The translations under genes and the position numbers were made by a program. Positions 58,932 to 64,000 of a stretch of 64,000 nt of DNA are shown piece after piece (position 1 is the stretch's first letter; the number at the start of each line of letters is the position of its first letter). This stretch comes from Kiritimatiellia bacterium (GTDB lineage: Bacteria > Verrucomicrobiota > Kiritimatiellia > CAIQIC01 > Lenti-01): positions 19,927 to 83,926 of the forward strand of contig JBFXHR010000004.1 of the NCBI GenBank assembly GCA_050176815.1. The letters are read 5' to 3'. The notes beneath the pieces were generated by a model. The model was given only the letters and a program-made list of their open reading frames with translations, had not been told where the DNA came from and did not search any database.

Positions 58932-59839
58932 ACGCGGCATCCCTTCTCCATCCCGTTCTCGCGATTCTGCTGTCGCCGCTGCTGCCGGGCGTGATCAATC
59001 GGATCAAGGCGCTTTTCGCCGGCCGCAAGGGGCCGCCGCTGCTGCAGGCCTATCTCGATTTATGGAAATTGCTGCGGAAAGGGGCGGCCTACAGCCGAAC
59101 CGCGACGTGGGTCTTCCGCGCGGGGCCCCTCGTGAATTTCGCCTGCCTGCTGGCCGCGCTGGCCGTGCTTCCGCTGGGGCGCGTGCCGGCGCCGTTTTCC
59201 TTCGCGGGCGATTGGATCGTTTTGGCCTATCTGCTGGGCCTGGGGCGGTTCGCCACGGTGGTGGCCGCGCTGGACGTCGGCTCGAGCTTCGAAGGCATGG
59301 GCGCCAGCCGCGAGGTGCAGTTCGCGGTCGTCGCGGAGCCGGCGCTGCTGGTCGGGCTGGCCGCGCTGGCGCGCAGCGCGCAGGCGCTTTCGCTGTCGGG
59401 CATGTATTCGAGCCCGGTGGCTTCGGCGTCGATCCCCGCCTTGCCGTTTTTCGTTTTGCTGTGCGCGGGCTTCTTCATCCTGTTCCTGGCGGAGAACTGC
59501 CGGATTCCGGTGGACGATCCGAATACGCATCTGGAACTGACGATGATCCACGAAGTGATGGTGCTCGATCACGGCGGCGTGGATTTTGGATTCGTGGAGT
59601 GGGCCTCGGCCCTGAAGCTGTGGGTGCTGGGGGCCCTGCTGGTCGGGATCGCGCTGCCGATCGCCACGGGGCATCCGCTGGCGGACGTGGCGCTGGGGGT
59701 GGCGGGCTTGCTGGCGCTGGCGGCCGTTACGGGCATCGTGGAATCCATTACGGCGCGCGTGCGCCTGCTGCGCGTGCCGCAGCTGTTGGTCGGCGCGGGC
59801 GTTCTGTGCGCCTTGAGCCTGTTGCTGACCATCCGGTGA
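58928..59839 (+). CDS. membrane subunit C (NuoH/HycD-like)
   Basis: ATGA overlap; 303 aa; NuoH-like helices. Confidence 0.8.
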   Translation: MNAASLLHPVLAILLSPLLPGVINRIKALFAGRKGPPLLQAYLDLWKLLRKGAAYSRTATWVFRAGPLVNFACLLAALAVLPLGRVPAPFSFAGDWIVLAYLLGLGRFATVVAALDVGSSFEGMGASREVQFAVVAEPALLVGLAALARSAQALSLSGMYSSPVASASIPALPFFVLLCAGFFILFLAENCRIPVDDPNTHLELTMIHEVMVLDHGGVDFGFVEWASALKLWVLGALLVGIALPIATGHPLADVALGVAGLLALAAVTGIVESITARVRLLRVPQLLVGAGVLCALSLLLTIR

Positions 59840-59843
59840 ACGC

Positions 59844-60494
59844 ATGAACGGCGCCGTTGAAATCATTTTGATGTTCCTGATCCTGACGGATCTGGTCCTG
59901 CTGGGCTCGAGCCGGTTGCGGAACGCCATCCGCATCGCCGCGGCGCAGGGGCTGGCGCTCGGGCTGCTGCCGCTGCTGGCGCATAGCCACGTGGCCTGGC
60001 CGGCGGTCTTGCTGGGGGTGGGCAGCGCGGGGCTCAAGGGCTTCGTGTTTCCGGCCCTGCTGAACCGGGCCTTGCGGGAAACCAACGCCCGGCGCGAAAT
60101 CGAGCCCTTCGTCGGCTACATCCTTTCGCTGCTCCTGGGCGTGGGGGGGCTGGCGGTTTCCTTCTGGGTCGGCGCGCAACTGCCGCTGCCGTGGGAAGTT
60201 TCCTCTTCGCTGCTGGTGCCGTCGGGGCTCTTTACGCTCTGGACGGGGCTGTTCCTGATCATGGCGCGGAAAAAGGCCATCACGCAGGTGCTGGGCTACG
60301 TCGTGATGGAAAACGGCATTTTCGCGCTGGGCATGGTGCTGGTGGAGGCGATGCCCCTGCTGGTGGAACTGGGCGTGCTGCTGGACGTGTTCGTGGCCGT
60401 GTTCGTCATGGGCATCATCGTGTTCAACATCAACCGCGAGTTCGACCACATCGATTCCGACCAGCTCGCGGCGCTGAAGGAGGATGCGCCATGA
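59844..60494 (+). CDS. membrane subunit E (HyfE/NuoK-like)
   Basis: 216 aa polytopic; GYVVMENGIFALG. Confidence 0.65.
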   Translation: MNGAVEIILMFLILTDLVLLGSSRLRNAIRIAAAQGLALGLLPLLAHSHVAWPAVLLGVGSAGLKGFVFPALLNRALRETNARREIEPFVGYILSLLLGVGGLAVSFWVGAQLPLPWEVSSSLLVPSGLFTLWTGLFLIMARKKAITQVLGYVVMENGIFALGMVLVEAMPLLVELGVLLDVFVAVFVMGIIVFNINREFDHIDSDQLAALKEDAP

Positions 60495-61966
60495 CGCTTG
60501 CGCTGATCTTCCTGCCGTTGGCGGCGGCGGTGGCCGCCATGCTGATCCGCCCGGACCGTCCGCGCCGGGCATTGCTGGTGGGGACCGCGGCGGTCCACGC
60601 GGCGCTGGCGGCGGGATGCTGCCTGGCGCCACCGGCCTATGCGCCGGAGGCCTGGGTGGGTTTCGATGCGGCCGGGCGGCTGTTTCTGGGCATTGCGAGC
60701 TTCCTGTTTCTGGCGGTGTCGGTCTACGCGGCGCACGTTTTGGGGCAGGAGGCGCATGGCCGCCAGACCGAAGAGGACACCGGTTCGGCGTTCGTCAATG
60801 CGCCGGAAGCGGTCTACGTCGCTTGCCTGCTGGTCTTCCTTTCGATGATGACGCTGGTGGCCGCGAGCCGGCATTTGGGCCTGCTCTGGGTGGCCGTGGA
60901 AGCGACGACGCTGGCCACGGCGCCGCTGATCTACTTCCACCGGCAGCCGCGTTCGCTGGAGGCGACGTGGAAATATTTGCTGGTGTGTTCGGTCGGCATT
61001 GCGCTGGCGTTGCTGGGCAACTTCCTGCTGGTGATCGCGTCGGCGGGTCCCGGCGGAACGGATGGATCGCTGCAGGTGGCCGAGCTGGTTGCGCGGGGCG
61101 GGCGGATGCACGGACCGTGGCTGAAGGCGGCGTTCGTCTTCTTGCTGGTCGGCTACGGCACGAAGATGGGGCTCGTGCCGATGCACACCTGGCTGCCCGA
61201 CGCGCACAGCGAGGCGCCGTCGCCGGTTTCCGCGCTGCTCTCCGGCGCGCTGCTGAACTGCGCGTTTCTGGGCATTCTGCGCGCGCATGCGATCTGCGCG
61301 GCGGCCGGCCTGGGCGATTTCAGCGGGCAACTGCTGGTGGGGTTCGGCCTGCTGTCGATGGGCGTGGCGGCGGCGTTTCTGGTTCACCAACCCGACTACA
61401 AGCGGATGCTGGCCTATTCGAGCGTGGAAAACATGGGGCTGCTGGCGCTGGGCGCGGGACTGGGCGGCGCCGCGACCTACGGCGCGCTGCTCCACGCGGT
61501 GAACCATTCCGCGGTGAAGGCCGCGCTTTTCATGGTGGCCGGCAATTTCCTGTTCGCGTACCGGACGAAAGCCATCGCGCGCATCGGCGGGGCCCTCCAT
61601 CGGATTCCCGCCAGCGGCGCGTTGTGGCTGGCGGGGCTTTTCGCCATCGCCGGTTCGCCGCCGTTCGGGACGTTCGCCAGCGAATTCACGATGTTCCGCG
61701 CGGCGTTTGCGCAGGGCCGCGCCTGGGTGGCGGCGGTGGCCCTGGTCGCGCTGACCATTGCGTTCGTCGGCATGTCGCGGGCGTTTTTGGGGATGTCCTT
61801 GGGCCGCGCGCCGGAAGGGGAGGCGCCGGTGCGCGAACGCGCGGCGGCTTTTGCGCCCGCGCTGGTTTTGCTGGCGGTTTCGCTGGTGCTGGGGCTGTGG
61901 ATCCCGGCCGGCCTGGATGAAATGCTGGTCCATGCTTCCCGCCTGCTGGGGGGAGGGGCGCCATGA
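60491..61966 (+). CDS. membrane subunit F (NuoN/M-like antiporter subunit, HyfF-like)
   Basis: ATGA overlap; WLPDAHSEAPSPVSALLSG; 491 aa. Confidence 0.85.
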   Translation: MTLALIFLPLAAAVAAMLIRPDRPRRALLVGTAAVHAALAAGCCLAPPAYAPEAWVGFDAAGRLFLGIASFLFLAVSVYAAHVLGQEAHGRQTEEDTGSAFVNAPEAVYVACLLVFLSMMTLVAASRHLGLLWVAVEATTLATAPLIYFHRQPRSLEATWKYLLVCSVGIALALLGNFLLVIASAGPGGTDGSLQVAELVARGGRMHGPWLKAAFVFLLVGYGTKMGLVPMHTWLPDAHSEAPSPVSALLSGALLNCAFLGILRAHAICAAAGLGDFSGQLLVGFGLLSMGVAAAFLVHQPDYKRMLAYSSVENMGLLALGAGLGGAATYGALLHAVNHSAVKAALFMVAGNFLFAYRTKAIARIGGALHRIPASGALWLAGLFAIAGSPPFGTFASEFTMFRAAFAQGRAWVAAVALVALTIAFVGMSRAFLGMSLGRAPEGEAPVRERAAAFAPALVLLAVSLVLGLWIPAGLDEMLVHASRLLGGGAP

Positions 61967-63483
61967 GTGGAACGCCCGCGATTTTCCGGAATCTGGAGAG
62001 GATTCCCGCCGCGCGGATTCCGGCGATGGCCGTCGCCGATTTCCGCCGCGCAACGTTGGACGCCGTGGCGGAGGGCTGCCGCATCGCGGCTTTTTATGGC
62101 GCGCCGCTGGCGGATGGCGGCGTGCGGCTGACGGCTATTTTGGCCGACGACCGCGCGGGCGAGCTGCGCGCCGTCGCGACCGATCCCGGCGAAGCCTATC
62201 CGGCGCTGGCGCCCGAGTGCCCGCAGGCGGGCGGATTCGAGCGGGAGATCGCGGAGCAATGGGCAGTGGCGCCGCTTGGGCATCCGTGGCTCAAGCCCTT
62301 GCGGTTCCATCGATCGTACCGGCCGGGGCGCGACGCCTGGGGCCGTGCGGGCGAACGTCCGCCGGCGCCGTCGGTGATGGATTTCTTCCGCGTGGAGGGC
62401 GAAGGCATCCACGAGGTCGCGGTGGGCCCGGTGCATGCGGGCATCATCGAGCCCGGCCATTTCCGGTTCCAGTGCCATGGCGAACAGGTGCTGCATCTCG
62501 AAATATCGCTGGGCTACCAGCACCGCGGCGTCGAGCGCGCGCTGGCCGGCGGCCCGCATCCGCGCACGATGTTCCAGATGGAAACGCTGGCCGGCGACAC
62601 GACGATTGGCCACGCGCTGGCCTACTGCCAAGCGGTGGAAGCGCTGGCCGGCTGCCGCGTGCCGGCGCGCGCCCAGGCCCTGCGGGCCGTGGCGCTCGAA
62701 CTGGAGCGGTTGGCGAACCATACCGGCGATCTCGGCGCGCTGGCGGGCGACGTGGGCTATCTGCCGACGTCGTCTTTCTGCGGTCGGCTGCGCGGGGATT
62801 TCCTGAACCAGACGGCGCTGTTGTGCGGCAGCCGGTTCGGGCGCGGATTCGTGCGCCCCGGCGGAACCGCCTTCGACGTGGATGCCGCCATCGTCGGCGA
62901 TTTGCGCCAACGGTTGGATTCGACGTTCCGCGACGTCTCCGGCGCGGCGAATCTGCTGTGGGAGACCGCGTCGGTGATGGCCCGGTTCGAAAACACGGGC
63001 GTCGTCGCGCCGGAAACCGCGGTGGAGTTGGGGCTGGTCGGTCCCGCGGCGCGCGCCAGCGGGCGGGAAATCGACGCGCGGCGGGATTTCCCGTCGGGCA
63101 TCTACCGTTTCGCGCAAATGCCGGTGTCGACGTTCGACAGCGGCGACGTCTTCGCGCGCGCCTACGTGCGCTGGCTGGAAATCCAGCGTTCGGTCCAGTT
63201 CATCCGGGACCAGCTCGCGGCGCTGCCGGCCGGGGCGGTGCGCGCGGCGTGCGGGCCGCTGGCGCCGGACTCGACGGTCGTGTCGATCCACGAGGGTTGG
63301 CGCGGCGAAATCGTCCACGTGGCGGCGACGGACGCGGCCGGGCGGTTCGCGCGCTACAAGGTGGTCGATCCTTCCTTCCACAACTGGCTGGGCCTGGCGC
63401 TGGCGCTGCGCGGCCAGGAAATCTCGGATTTCCCGCTCTGCAACAAGAGCTTCAACCTTTCCTACTGCGGGCACGACCTATGA
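61963..63483 (+). CDS. NuoC-NuoD-like fused large subunit (HycE/HyfG homolog) apparently lacking the NiFe-binding CxxC motifs
   Basis: VGPVHAGIIEPGHFRF...YQHRGVE matches the HycE/NuoD core. Where HycE has RVCGICGFAH this protein has TTIGHALAY. The C-terminus ends SYCGHDL instead of DPCxxCxxR. Confidence 0.8.
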   Translation: MSGTPAIFRNLERIPAARIPAMAVADFRRATLDAVAEGCRIAAFYGAPLADGGVRLTAILADDRAGELRAVATDPGEAYPALAPECPQAGGFEREIAEQWAVAPLGHPWLKPLRFHRSYRPGRDAWGRAGERPPAPSVMDFFRVEGEGIHEVAVGPVHAGIIEPGHFRFQCHGEQVLHLEISLGYQHRGVERALAGGPHPRTMFQMETLAGDTTIGHALAYCQAVEALAGCRVPARAQALRAVALELERLANHTGDLGALAGDVGYLPTSSFCGRLRGDFLNQTALLCGSRFGRGFVRPGGTAFDVDAAIVGDLRQRLDSTFRDVSGAANLLWETASVMARFENTGVVAPETAVELGLVGPAARASGREIDARRDFPSGIYRFAQMPVSTFDSGDVFARAYVRWLEIQRSVQFIRDQLAALPAGAVRAACGPLAPDSTVVSIHEGWRGEIVHVAATDAAGRFARYKVVDPSFHNWLGLALALRGQEISDFPLCNKSFNLSYCGHDL

Positions 63484-64000
63484 TCCGGGCCCTCCTCGAA
63501 CGTCTGCGCCAGAAGCACCGCACGGTGGCCTATCCCGCGAAGCCGCCGACGCTTCCCGACCGTTTCCGCGGGGCGCCGGCGCTGTCGCCGGAAAAATGCC
63601 CCGCCGGCTGCGCGGCATGCGCCGCGGCGTGTCCCGTCGGCGCGATTTCGCGCGACGGCGGCGCGCTGCGGATCGATCTGGGGAAATGCCTGTTCTGCGG
63701 CGACTGCGCGGCGGCGTGTCCGCACGGCGCGATTCGGTTCACGCGCGACCACCGGCTAGCGGCGCGGCGGCGCGGCGATCTCGCGCTCGGCGCGGGGGAA
63801 CGCCAACTGGCCGAAGCCCTCGACGCGAAGATGAAGAGTTTGTTCGGCCGTTCGCTGAAATTGCGGCAGGTGTGCGCGGGCGGCTGCGGCGCGTGCGAGG
63901 CGGATACGAACGTGCTGGGCACCGTCGTGTTCGACCTCGGCCGCTTCGGCATCCAGTTCGTGGCCTCGCCGCGGCACGCCGACGGCTTGCTCGTCACGGG
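63480..64000 (+). CDS. fused 2x[4Fe-4S] ferredoxin (HycF/HyfH-like) and NuoB/HycG-like small subunit, 3' truncated by the window
   Basis: ATGA overlap. CPAGCAACAAACP and CLFCGDCAAACP ferredoxin motifs, then VCAGGCGACE (NuoB/HycG-type cluster ligands). Open to the window end. Confidence 0.7.
   Translation, partial: MIRALLERLRQKHRTVAYPAKPPTLPDRFRGAPALSPEKCPAGCAACAAACPVGAISRDGGALRIDLGKCLFCGDCAAACPHGAIRFTRDHRLAARRRGDLALGAGERQLAEALDAKMKSLFGRSLKLRQVCAGGCGACEADTNVLGTVVFDLGRFGIQFVASPRHADGLLVT

Overview
High-GC (about 65%) bacterial chromosomal window with dense + strand operons and many 4-nt ATGA/GTGA start/stop overlaps. About 56 features are called; no tRNA, rRNA or CRISPR is visible. (1) 1-33.5 kb is a large surface-polysaccharide locus. 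It holds three CE4-like deacetylases (a paralogous membrane-anchored pair plus a PEP-CTERM-locus-type one), a FemAB-like protein, five GT4 glycosyltransferases, two priming transferases (EpsL/WbaP-type and WecA/MraY-type), Wza/Wzc/PHP-phosphatase, Wzx/Wzy, a Wzy_C-TPR fusion, an FGE-domain protein, a C39-like peptidase, DegT aminotransferase, VanZ and a CapD/PglF dehydratase. A small GxxExxY cassette flanked by hairpin repeats is inserted in it. (2) 33.5-37.4 kb is the most unusual part: a peptide-maturase-like module of a PqqD-rSAM/SPASM enzyme, a tandem double-PqqD protein, a second rSAM/SPASM enzyme and an HprK-like P-loop kinase. It is translationally coupled to the sugar-nucleotide dehydratase gene and has no recognisable precursor peptide. 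(3) 37.5-41 kb holds secreted and lipoprotein genes, a beta-helix protein and a methyltransferase. (4) 41-47.4 kb (- strand) holds a stand-alone MdcA-like CoA-transferase with an ArsR-like regulator and twin 30-bp palindromic operators, aconitase A, a GNAT acetyltransferase and a hypothetical gene. (5) An AT-rich, phased-A-tract intergenic island with (AAyATCC)n heptamer repeats lies upstream of uvrA. (6) Downstream are uvrA, a TPR protein, an orphan vsr, acetolactate decarboxylase, nitronate monooxygenase and an HTH-PTS-EIIA regulator. (7) The window ends in a group-4 NiFe-hydrogenase-like (Hyf/Ehr-type) membrane complex operon whose large subunit appears to lack the NiFe-ligating cysteines.
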